From assembly GCF_000011465.1 (NCBI RefSeq), contig NC_005072.1, positions 1,350,001-1,382,000 on the forward strand: a stretch of DNA of 32,000 nt, read 5' to 3'. Below, one piece after another: positions 7,446 through 14,811 of this stretch. How positions within the stretch are numbered: the first letter of the stretch is position 1; every line of letters begins with the position of its first letter. Made by a program: the position numbers and the translations under genes. Source of the DNA: Prochlorococcus marinus subsp. pastoris str. CCMP1986 (lineage in GTDB: Bacteria; Cyanobacteriota; Cyanobacteriia; PCC-6307; Cyanobiaceae). The notes under the pieces are model-generated. The model was not told the DNA's origin. It saw only the letters and a list, made by a program, of their open reading frames with translations, and made no database searches.

Positions 7446-7514
7446 AAGAGTATAAATGTTTACACAGTAAGAGTATAAGTATTTAAATAGAAAGAGTATA
7501 AGTGTATACATAGA
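7446..7514. promoter_or_regulatory. Three direct repeats with exact 23-bp period, core AAGAGTATAAGT
   Basis: AAGAGTATAAATGTTTACACAGT / AAGAGTATAAGTATTTAAATAGA / AAGAGTATAAGTGTATACATAGA starting at 7446, 7469 and 7492. Confidence 0.7.
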
Positions 7515-7681
7515 AATGGTTTATAGCTTTTTCATTTTATTTTTTTTAGTATATTAATAAAAAAAATCTATATGTCAATTTATTTTTTCAAAAATTTACT
7601 AACGTATCTTTATTTACTAATGCTAATCAAAATTTATAAATTACTTAAATTTAATTTAACCCTAATACAAAATCCTTAATC

Positions 7682-7702
7682 AGTGACAAGCAAATTGTCA
7701 CT
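7682..7702. promoter_or_regulatory. Perfect inverted repeat AGTGACAA-gcaaa-TTGTCACT upstream of the 7735 start
   Basis: 8-bp perfect arms, 5-nt spacer, about 32 nt before the start codon. Confidence 0.6.
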
Positions 7703-7734
7703 AGAACTAATTTATAGAATTTGCAAATTACAAA

Positions 7735-9819
7735 ATGAAAAGAAAACTCTTTTCTGCGATATTAACAGGCACGATGCTAGTAGCTCCTGCCAGTACTCTT
7801 GCAGAAACAAAACGTATTGGTGAGACCAGAGCTCTAATTCCTGAAGCAGGTCTTGCTTTGAACCCAGTCTTAGATGGTGGTAACGGAAACGTTGACTTCC
7901 CATTTGGAAACTTTAAAGCACTCGCTACTGTTGGTGAAGTAGGAGACAACGGACTTGCACTGACTGGATATCCAGATGGACAGGCAGCATATCTGCTTGA
8001 TAACGATACTATTCGAGTTGTTTATCAGTCCGAATCTTATGCGACCATGGGTAAAGCACCAGTCCCTGAGACTTATAACTGGGAAATGAAAAATGGTGTA
8101 ACTTTCTCTGGTTCTCACATTCACACGATTGATTATGATCGTGCAAAATTTGCTAAATTCATGAAAAATGGTTCTTCTGCAGAAGGAATGGTCAAGGATT
8201 CTGGTAAATTATTCAACACAATCTACAACGTATTTGGTGATGAAGTAACGAAGGAGAATTTAGTCTGGGGTAACCAAGCACTTCCCAGTCAACGCGTTGT
8301 TCCTTTCCTAGATAAATACAAACTTTCTGAAGCCGACTTCTTCCTACAGTCCTTTTGTGGTGCATGGTATGAACAAGCAAATAAATATGGTAATGGTATA
8401 GGGCTTGAGGATGATGTATGGCTTACTGCTGAAGAGTGGGAAATCGGTCGTATGTTCACTGGCTCTAAGAAGACTGGTAGAACAGAATCTGATAAAACGA
8501 TGGGTCTTGCATCAATAGCTGTTGATGTTAAGAACGAAGTTGCCTACACTGCACCTGCTTTAGGTCAGACTGGTTATGAAAAACTAATGCCAATCAACCC
8601 TCAACACAAAGACTATGTTGTTATCGTTGGTGCTGGTTATAATCACAATCAAGAACCTGCTCCTCTTAAGGTTTATGTCGGCATGAAGGATCGTCTTCCT
8701 GATGGTTCTGAGATTGATTACTCTACTGCTAATGAGCGCGATGCCTTCCTTGGACGAAATGGCATGCTCTACGGTCGCATCTACGGATTTGCAATGCCTA
8801 CCAAATCTTATGCTTCACTAGGTCTTGAAGCGAACCCTGCCGCAAAGATGATGGATGAGTATCTTCAGAATGCTGATGCACCTAACTCCTTTGAGGGTCG
8901 TTTCTATCCTACTTCCTATCAGTGGGGTGGCTGGGATAATCCAGTCTCAGTAAACAATACTGAGATGATGTTGTGGGAGCAAGCAGGTGAACAACCTGAG
9001 GGTTACACCTTCTTCAACGGAGATTCAAAAGCAGAACATCCTGCAGTAGATCCTGATATCAACCGTACTCGTTATGTTCAGAACATGACTAACAAAGGTG
9101 GGATTCTTGGTTTCGATTTTGGTTTCATTGGAGCCACTCTAGACGCTGCTGATGGCGATCTACCTGAATTCCTTCCTGCTACTGGTATTCGTGTTGTTCC
9201 TGCCATTGATGGTGCTCTTACTCTCAAGACTGGTGGTGAAGGTGTTGTGAAGGATGGCTCTGCCGCAATTCACGTTGAGAAAAATAAGGCAGCAATGGTT
9301 TCTCCAGATGGCCTTTATTGGACTAAACACGCTGATGGTTCTTACCTTATCGTTGATGAGGATTCTGGAAACGACTTTGGAGAACGTAAGTATGTCCTAC
9401 CCATCAAAGAGTCAGATATGACTCTTAGTGAACCGAACACTGGCTACCTATTAGGTCTTGCTGGTGGTAAGCACTCCTCACGTTATGAAGCAGGTGCATC
9501 TGCTCTTGGTGGTGCATTTTCCAAAGCAACTACTTCTGAGTTCTCTGGTTCTTGGAACGTAACTGCTCTGACAACTAAGAAGTCAAATGGTTTATTCGGA
9601 AGCAAATTCTACTCTATGGATGAACTTGCAGGAACTGGTGAACAAGAGATCATTCAGGGTATTGACACTGATGATCAACTCTTTATCGGTGTTGTTCAAG
9701 CCCGTGGTGAGTCAGGTGGTGCAGTTGCTGAAGAAGGTGGTGATGCTGGTGGACAAGTCTTCCAATTCACTTTTAACTTGCCTGAAAAATCAGAGGGAGA
9801 GAATATTGCTCAGTTCTGA
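7735..9819 (+). CDS. Large secreted protein, possibly PhoX/DUF839-like phosphatase
   Basis: 694 aa with signal peptide MKRKLFSAILTGTMLVAPASTLA; segments EDDVWLTAEEWEIG and LPATGIRVVPAIDG suggest a DUF839-like propeller. Homology not verified; codon usage is strikingly more GC-rich than its neighbours. Confidence 0.7.
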   Translation: MKRKLFSAILTGTMLVAPASTLAETKRIGETRALIPEAGLALNPVLDGGNGNVDFPFGNFKALATVGEVGDNGLALTGYPDGQAAYLLDNDTIRVVYQSESYATMGKAPVPETYNWEMKNGVTFSGSHIHTIDYDRAKFAKFMKNGSSAEGMVKDSGKLFNTIYNVFGDEVTKENLVWGNQALPSQRVVPFLDKYKLSEADFFLQSFCGAWYEQANKYGNGIGLEDDVWLTAEEWEIGRMFTGSKKTGRTESDKTMGLASIAVDVKNEVAYTAPALGQTGYEKLMPINPQHKDYVVIVGAGYNHNQEPAPLKVYVGMKDRLPDGSEIDYSTANERDAFLGRNGMLYGRIYGFAMPTKSYASLGLEANPAAKMMDEYLQNADAPNSFEGRFYPTSYQWGGWDNPVSVNNTEMMLWEQAGEQPEGYTFFNGDSKAEHPAVDPDINRTRYVQNMTNKGGILGFDFGFIGATLDAADGDLPEFLPATGIRVVPAIDGALTLKTGGEGVVKDGSAAIHVEKNKAAMVSPDGLYWTKHADGSYLIVDEDSGNDFGERKYVLPIKESDMTLSEPNTGYLLGLAGGKHSSRYEAGASALGGAFSKATTSEFSGSWNVTALTTKKSNGLFGSKFYSMDELAGTGEQEIIQGIDTDDQLFIGVVQARGESGGAVAEEGGDAGGQVFQFTFNLPEKSEGENIAQF

Positions 9820-9862
9820 TTTTAAAACTAAATTAAGCAAATAAAAATTGCGACTTTATAAG

Positions 9863-9902
9863 ACCTATAAACTCATTAATTTAGTGAGTTTATAGGTTTT
9901 TT
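9863..9902 (+). terminator. Strong rho-independent terminator
   Basis: ACCTATAAACTCA-ttaatttag-TGAGTTTATAGGT followed by T-tract; 13-bp perfect stem. Confidence 0.9.
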
Positions 9903-10009
9903 ATATTTCAAACCTAAGTTTTTATATCTTTGCAATCTCATAAATGGTTAATAAGCTGTTCGTATATGAGGATATGATTATTAGGAAAATAATCCAAGTA
10001 ACAGTCGAT

Positions 10010-10168
10010 TTACTGTAATGGATAATTTAAATAAGCATATTTGTACATTTTCCTATAATCATCATGCAATCTTTCAGTTGCTAACTTTCTATTTTCCATT
10101 CCATCTCTAATCAAATCCATTTCATGGAAGTTTTGATTTAGGATTGTGAAAGGAGTAATGAGTTTCAT
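10010..10168 (-). CDS. Small hypothetical protein, 52 aa; absent from the ORF track
   Basis: MKLITPFTILNQNFHEMDLIRDGMENRKLATERLHDDYRKMYKYAYLNYPLQ*, preceded by strong SD (ACAGGAGGTTTTATG). Confidence 0.65.
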   Translation of the reverse strand: MKLITPFTILNQNFHEMDLIRDGMENRKLATERLHDDYRKMYKYAYLNYPLQ

Positions 10169-10221
10169 AAAACCTCCTGTATCTACACCTTTATTGTCCT
10201 CCTATTGTTATTAAATTAATA

Positions 10222-10283
10222 GAGCGGTTTGAGGAACAATTAGGTACGGGAAGAGGACTAAATTTTCGACTAGATTGTTAAAT
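10222..10283 (-). repeat. Repeat D, copy 1, in the leader of ORF 10010..10168
   Basis: gcggtttgaggaacaattaggtacgggaagaggactaaattttcgactagattgtta. Confidence 0.6.
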
Positions 10284-10403
10284 TGATTGGAGTAGTTTCT
10301 GACGCTTCTACTGCTTTCTTTCATTTTGCTATTTTTCTCTATTGCCATGTTCCTTAATGTTGTTAGTTTGTGACATAAGGTAATCCAGAAACAATTAGTT
10401 TGT

Positions 10404-10814
10404 TTGATGAATAAGCCTGGAATTAATTTCATGAGAAGCTTATTAGTAATGTTTCTAATAATAAGTTTTTCTTCAAAAGCATATTCAGCTCTACCAACCA
10501 CAATCATCAAAAGTTGCTACGACGGGGATACCTGCACAACCATTGATGGAGAGAAAATAAGACTTGCTTGTATTGATACGCCAGAATTAAAAGGTAAAAA
10601 AGCTGATCCTGTTGCGGCTAGAGAAGCAAGAGATTTTTTGAATAATTTAGTTACCAATGAAGAGGTTTCTATTAGGAGAATTACTAAAGATAAATATGAG
10701 AGAACAGTAGCTGAATTATTTAAAAATGATACTAACGTTCAAGAACTAATTGTTGATGATAGTTATGGGAAAATCTATGAAAGGTATGCATATCAATGTA
10801 ATTGGACTCAATAA
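10404..10814 (+). CDS. Secreted thermonuclease-family (SNase-like) protein
   Basis: YDGDTCTTIDGEKIRLACIDTPELKG...AREARDFLNNLV...RITKDKYERTVAELF, the SNase catalytic pattern, after an N-terminal hydrophobic segment. Confidence 0.85.
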   Translation: MMNKPGINFMRSLLVMFLIISFSSKAYSALPTTIIKSCYDGDTCTTIDGEKIRLACIDTPELKGKKADPVAAREARDFLNNLVTNEEVSIRRITKDKYERTVAELFKNDTNVQELIVDDSYGKIYERYAYQCNWTQ

Positions 10815-11022
10815 AGATTCTGCACCCTAGAAATCTTATCCCCATAGCCAAAAAGCTCTTCGAATATATGGTTTTAGCTGCCAACCCCAGAATCCATATC
10901 CAAAGACAAGGAATTGAGGGAAAAAACGAATTAACAGTAAAATAATTCCTCCTCTACCTCTCGCTTTCGTTGAAATCCTTGCTGCATCACTTGAATCAAA
11001 GTTTTATACAGTAGATACAGAT

Positions 11023-11424
11023 TTGATGACAGATGAAACAAAAATAAGATTTTATATTGAGAGTGAAACCCAAGTCCAAGACTCAATAGGAGGAAGAGAT
11101 ACGATTAATCTTTGGGTTAGATGTAACAATAGTTATCCACAAATCTTTTTTACAACTCCTACCTATAACGCTGACAATACTAGAGTTGGTGTTAGATGGG
11201 ATAAAGATAAAGCATCTTTCTACAACTGGAATAAGTCAACAGATAGCCAAGCTTTTTTTCATCCAAGACCTAAAGAATTTGCTCAAAAACTGAAAGAAAA
11301 AAGTTTTTTAACAGTTCAGTGGAGCCCATACAGCAGTTCAAGTCGTACGGCAAAGTTTGATTTAAATTCTCAAGAATTTAGAGAAGATATTTCAAAAGCC
11401 ATAGCAGATGGGTGTAATTTTTAA
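11023..11424 (+). CDS. VasI/TagO-like domain protein; 5' end uncertain and possibly degraded
   Basis: QDSIGG...LWVRCNNSYPQIFFTT...VGVRWDKDKASFYNWNKSTDSQAFFHPRPKEFAQKLKEKSFLTVQWSPYSSSSRTAKFDLNSQEF...DGCNF. The frame is open upstream to 10918 without a canonical start there. Confidence 0.5.
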   Translation: MMTDETKIRFYIESETQVQDSIGGRDTINLWVRCNNSYPQIFFTTPTYNADNTRVGVRWDKDKASFYNWNKSTDSQAFFHPRPKEFAQKLKEKSFLTVQWSPYSSSSRTAKFDLNSQEFREDISKAIADGCNF

Positions 11425-11503
11425 ATGAAACGCTTACTACTTGCACCGCTAATAGTTAGTAATTGACAGTCGATCTAAAATAAGGGGCAATTAGCTTCTT
11501 TTT
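11425..11503 (+). repeat. Orphan module A (mini-ORF MKRLLLAPLIVSN*) fused to module B and hairpin
   Basis: ATGAAACGCTTACTACTTGCACCGCTAATAGTTAGTAATTGACAGTCGATCTAAAATAAGGGGCAATTAGCTTCTTTTT; begins exactly after TAA at 11424 and ends exactly before the ATG at 11504. Confidence 0.8.
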
Positions 11504-11908
11504 ATGGAAAAATTTTCCCAGAATCTTCTTAGGCTTTCTCTTTCAATATTATTTTTAAGTTTTCCTATTGGTTTTTTATTCGCAGGGATTGAATATATAA
11601 ACACCAAAAAGTTTTTAACAACAAAATATGATGAATTAAATGAAAAGACAGAAGACTATATAGAGGATATGGAAGAAACTTATCCTGAAACTATAAAATA
11701 TTTTCCTTCAACTAAATTGGCAGATAAATCTCCTCTTGCAACATTACTTTTAACAAAATCAACTATGAAATTATTTCAAGTTTCCGAATATCTAAAATAT
11801 AAAAATTCAATTTTGGATACTACTGACGAGATATCAAAGACTGTTGATGCTTTTATAGAAGAATTAAGAATTGAATATCCCGAATTAAATAGAATACTTC
11901 CTAGATGA
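11504..11908 (+). CDS. Hypothetical membrane-anchored protein
   Basis: 134 aa, N-terminal TM (LLRLSLSILFLSFPIGFLFAGI). Confidence 0.55.
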   Translation: MEKFSQNLLRLSLSILFLSFPIGFLFAGIEYINTKKFLTTKYDELNEKTEDYIEDMEETYPETIKYFPSTKLADKSPLATLLLTKSTMKLFQVSEYLKYKNSILDTTDEISKTVDAFIEELRIEYPELNRILPR

Positions 11909-12117
11909 AACGCTTACTCTTAGCTGAGCTTTTGTTAGTTTTAATTACTCTAATTTTTGTTTCTCTAAAACCAATTTCTAGAATTTATATTGCTGATTAT
12001 TTGGAAAAGATATCCTTATTTTTATTTAGAACAGTAAGCGATGAAGATTTAAATAAGTGGTATGAGAAAAGAGATAAGTATGAATTACTTGAGGAATCAG
12101 GAGGAACTGCTTACTAA
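11905..12117 (+). CDS. Small secreted/membrane hypothetical protein
   Basis: MKRLLLAELLLVLITLIFVSL (module A start), ATGA overlap with the upstream stop, followed directly by module B. Confidence 0.55.
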   Translation: MKRLLLAELLLVLITLIFVSLKPISRIYIADYLEKISLFLFRTVSDEDLNKWYEKRDKYELLEESGGTAY

Positions 12118-12137
12118 TTGACAGTCGATCTAAAATA
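12117..12137 (+). repeat. Module B copy (ATTGACAGTCGATCTAAAATA)
   Basis: Begins at the last base of the TAA stop of 11905..12117. Confidence 0.75.
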
Positions 12138-12258
12138 TTGGCAAATGGCGATTAAATATTAAGAAAATGCCAACTAGAGAAAAACTTGAAGGAAAACAAA
12201 TTAATAAACGGCTGCTTAAGCATTGCCTATGCATAGTTGTCGGTACTTTAGGTTAAAG

Positions 12259-12519
12259 CTAAGAATTTTTTTGTAATAATCTAATGCCAGATATTACAGA
12301 GATTATCGATGCAATACCAAGAAATATCGAATAAAAAGGCTGCAAATTAATAATGCCAAAATTACCTGTATGCCATTTGATCAACCAAAAAGCATCAACT
12401 CCTAATGGTTGAAGAAAACTATAGATAGTCCCAGATATAAGAGTAATTAATAAAGGTATTGAAGAAATTGCAGCTACTTTTCTGTGTATTTTTCTTTTAT
12501 TTGATTTCAAATTTTTCAT
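12259..12519 (-). CDS. PepSY-associated-TM-like small membrane protein
   Basis: KRKIHRKVAAISSIPLLITLISGTIYSFLQPLGVDAFWLIKWHTGNFGI resembles N-terminal PepSY-TM proteins. Confidence 0.5.
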   Translation of the reverse strand: MKNLKSNKRKIHRKVAAISSIPLLITLISGTIYSFLQPLGVDAFWLIKWHTGNFGIINLQPFYSIFLGIASIISVISGIRLLQKNS

Positions 12520-12891
12520 TTATTTTCTTTTTATTTTGACTATTGATAGCCATAATATTCCAAAGCTTGAAGATAAAATAAAAATCCATGCCAAGCTACT
12601 AGCTAAATTATTTCCTCTACTTGATCCCTTTTTATTAAGGAACTTATGTAATTCTTTTTCGTTTTTGCATGGCATCCATTTATCTTGGTTTTTATGTATT
12701 CCTTCGCAACCAAGTTCTAAAGATCTGTTTCTAGCATCCTCCTCAGAAAGAAATGTACCCCTCATATGTGCATTCGAATAACCACTTAAATTTAGAGATA
12801 AGAGAAATAAAAAAATCAAAAATTTAAAATTTCTAAGAACAATATGCATTATTTCAAATTTAGTATGTGTATTAAGGAGAGATTTCATCAA
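12520..12891 (-). CDS. DUF3721-like protein
   Basis: EEDARNRSLELGCEGIHKNQDKWMPCKNEKELHKFL matches the ELGC.G.H.....WMPC......H pattern; C-terminal TM. Confidence 0.65.
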   Translation of the reverse strand: MMKSLLNTHTKFEIMHIVLRNFKFLIFLFLLSLNLSGYSNAHMRGTFLSEEDARNRSLELGCEGIHKNQDKWMPCKNEKELHKFLNKKGSSRGNNLASSLAWIFILSSSFGILWLSIVKIKRK

Positions 12892-13408
12892 ATTTTTTTA
12901 TTTTGCCATTTTTGCTAAATGAAACTACATTGTATTCCTCATAATCATGAGAATGCGAGTCGTGAGAATTTATTTCCATTCCAGGCGAACCAAGAGGCAT
13001 TCCAGGGACTGCTATACCAGAGATAATTGGTTTTTCTTTAAAAAGTTTGGTGATAGATTCAATCGGCACATGTCCTTCAATTGCGTAGGTTCCTATTTTT
13101 GCAGAGTGGCAGGACCTTAAATTATTGGGAATTTTATATTGGTTTTTAATTCCCGAAACATCTTCAATAATGTTATCAACAACTTCTAATCCATTTTGGC
13201 GTAAATGATTTACCCATTTCTTACAACAACCGCACGATGCTGATCTATAAGAAACGACTTTAGGTATATCTATATTATCTTGAGTTTTAGCACTACTCTT
13301 TTCGTCATTAAATATATTTACTATGAGAAATCCAGAGAATACAAGAGTTTTTAGTAAATTCTTCTTAAAGAATGATTTCTTAAATGCCATCTCAGTAAGG
13401 GATTCCAA
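12872..13408 (-). CDS. DUF411 family protein (putative metal-binding)
   Basis: YRSASCGCCKKWVNHLRQNGLEVVD...LRSCHSAKIGTYAIEGHVP...GIAVPGMPLGSPGME is the DUF411 signature. Confidence 0.9.
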   Translation of the reverse strand: MESLTEMAFKKSFFKKNLLKTLVFSGFLIVNIFNDEKSSAKTQDNIDIPKVVSYRSASCGCCKKWVNHLRQNGLEVVDNIIEDVSGIKNQYKIPNNLRSCHSAKIGTYAIEGHVPIESITKLFKEKPIISGIAVPGMPLGSPGMEINSHDSHSHDYEEYNVVSFSKNGKIKKFDEISP

Positions 13409-13450
13409 TTTTAAAACTATTTATAAGATAATTGAAATTTTATTTGATTG

Positions 13451-13930
13451 TTATTTAATCAATATCAAAGCACTCATAATTGCCATTAAAAGATTTTCAA
13501 TAAAACTAATAATTCCTAAAGGAGTTTTTGTATATCCGCCAACGCATGCACAATTTAATTTTAATTTATCTAAATAAACAGCTTTAAATACTGATGCCAT
13601 TCCAACAATTCCTAGAATTAAAGCAATTAAAATAATTGAAGAGGGTGGTGCAGAAAGTAAAAAGCATATGCCAATTAATAATTCGCAAAAAGGATAGATA
13701 TAAATCCAATTTTTAAATCGAGAAGTAATTAAATCATATTTTTTATAACTCAAACCAAAAGCTTCAATATCCATAAGCTTCAGCATCGCTAAAAGACATA
13801 TTGATATGCCCATAAAAACTTGGAAGCTTTTAATCAAAGTAATAGTTATAAGAAATGAAGTACCAAATACTGCAACCAATGGTGTAAAAGACTTTAATTG
13901 CATTTTTTTAACTTTTAAGAACAGAGTCAC
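13451..13930 (-). CDS. MauE/DoxX-like redox-associated membrane protein
   Basis: Four hydrophobic segments and the motif KLNCACVGGYTKTPLGIISFIENLLM. Confidence 0.65.
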   Translation of the reverse strand: MTLFLKVKKMQLKSFTPLVAVFGTSFLITITLIKSFQVFMGISICLLAMLKLMDIEAFGLSYKKYDLITSRFKNWIYIYPFCELLIGICFLLSAPPSSIILIALILGIVGMASVFKAVYLDKLKLNCACVGGYTKTPLGIISFIENLLMAIMSALILIK

Positions 13931-14150
13931 AAATACTAGATGGATTTGCCTGCTTAACTATTCTTAGCTTTTTGATAAGAGTGTCTCGATCTATTTGATG
14001 TTTTAAATATTTAATACAAAGATTCTTTTCCCTATTTAAATAAGCTTCTGTTCTTAAACTGCTAGCAATAGAGAATAAATTAATAGCAATAATCGCTAAT
14101 AAAATGCTCATTGGGTATTTTTTGATAAAAGGAAAAACTTTATTTTTCAT
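13908..14150 (-). CDS. Small single-TM protein overlapping the MauE-like ORF
   Basis: MSILLAIIAINLFSIASSLR, Cys-containing C-terminal part. Confidence 0.5.
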   Translation of the reverse strand: MKNKVFPFIKKYPMSILLAIIAINLFSIASSLRTEAYLNREKNLCIKYLKHQIDRDTLIKKLRIVKQANPSSICDSVLKS

Positions 14151-14192
14151 TATTTATACTCTTTATTTTAATCTAAATAGCATAGCAATATT

Positions 14193-14333
14193 TTAAATTT
14201 CGCAGCCGCGATATGAAGGGTTCTCTTCACACTTAAGTTTCCAATAAATTACTTTAATATTTGCTCCATTATCTATATCGTTAATAGTCCTAAAGTATTT
14301 AGGAATGATTGTATAAGGAACTCTTTTATTCAT
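14193..14333 (-). CDS. Small hypothetical protein, 46 aa; absent from the ORF track
   Basis: MNKRVPYTIIPKYFRTINDIDNGANIKVIYWKLKCEENPSYRGCEI* with strong SD (GAAGGAGGAAATCATG). Confidence 0.6.
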   Translation of the reverse strand: MNKRVPYTIIPKYFRTINDIDNGANIKVIYWKLKCEENPSYRGCEI

Positions 14334-14401
14334 GATTTCCTCCTTCTTACTACACCTATGTTCTAACTACCAACGCATATCATTTATGAGTATCAAAATG
14401 T

Positions 14402-14461
14402 ACGGTTTAAGGAAGAATAAAGTACGGGTAGAGGACCAAATTTTGAGACTGTTATTTAATT
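14402..14461 (-). repeat. Repeat D, copy 2, in the leader of ORF 14193..14333
   Basis: acggtttaaggaagaataaagtacgggtagaggaccaaattttgagactgttatttaatt. Confidence 0.6.
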
Positions 14462-14583
14462 ACCAGTCCTAGGATTAATACATGGTTGTCATGAGGCAGT
14501 TGCAGGCATATAACTGAAGCCAACCATAAATTATTTGAGATAAAGTCGAGAGAGAGATATCACTCATCAATCAGTAAATAGAT

Positions 14584-14603
14584 GATTGACAGTGGATCTA
14601 AAA
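14584..14603 (+). repeat. Module B copy (GATTGACAGTGGATCTAAAA)
   Basis: One mismatch to the common form; overlaps the putative TTG start of ORF 14586. Confidence 0.6.
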
Positions 14604-14789
14604 TATTTAAAAACAAATTCATTATCTTGTGTGAAAAATTATCTAATATCAGGTTTGGTTGATGACTACAGAATAAAGATAAATCTTTTCGCTATTTCTC
14701 CTAATCATGCAATAAAAGTGTTTCAGCAGAAGTATCCAGAAGCAACCGATATTTATGTGATACAAGATCTATTTAAAGGGAATAAATGA
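14586..14789 (+). CDS. Small hypothetical protein
   Basis: 67-aa ORF; N-terminal codons lie inside module B, so the start is uncertain. Confidence 0.35.
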   Translation: MTVDLKYLKTNSLSCVKNYLISGLVDDYRIKINLFAISPNHAIKVFQQKYPEATDIYVIQDLFKGNK

Positions 14790-14811
14790 CTTAATAGAAC
14801 TTTGGGATTTA

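Noticed and set aside
7446-7514. CRISPR-like array
   Set aside because: Only three units of 23 bp with no distinct conserved repeat/variable spacer structure and no cas genes; better explained as regulatory direct repeats.
7712-8124. Minus-strand ORFs 7712..7903, 7728..7949 and 7870..8124
   Set aside because: Antisense to the N-terminal part of the 694-aa secreted protein.
9587-9844. 85-aa plus-strand ORF
   Set aside because: Alternate frame of the 3' end of 7735..9819.
9995-10012. Possible module B copy (taacagtcgattta)
   Set aside because: Match limited to about 11 nt and not oriented like the other copies relative to the adjacent ORF; not counted.
10211-10510. 99-aa minus-strand ORF
   Set aside because: Overlaps the SNase gene start antisense and spans repeat D; the strong-SD ORF downstream (10010..10168) is the better candidate.
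12536-13577. Plus-strand ORFs 12536..12781 and 13323..13577
   Set aside because: Antisense to the DUF3721/DUF411/MauE-like operon, which has recognisable domains.
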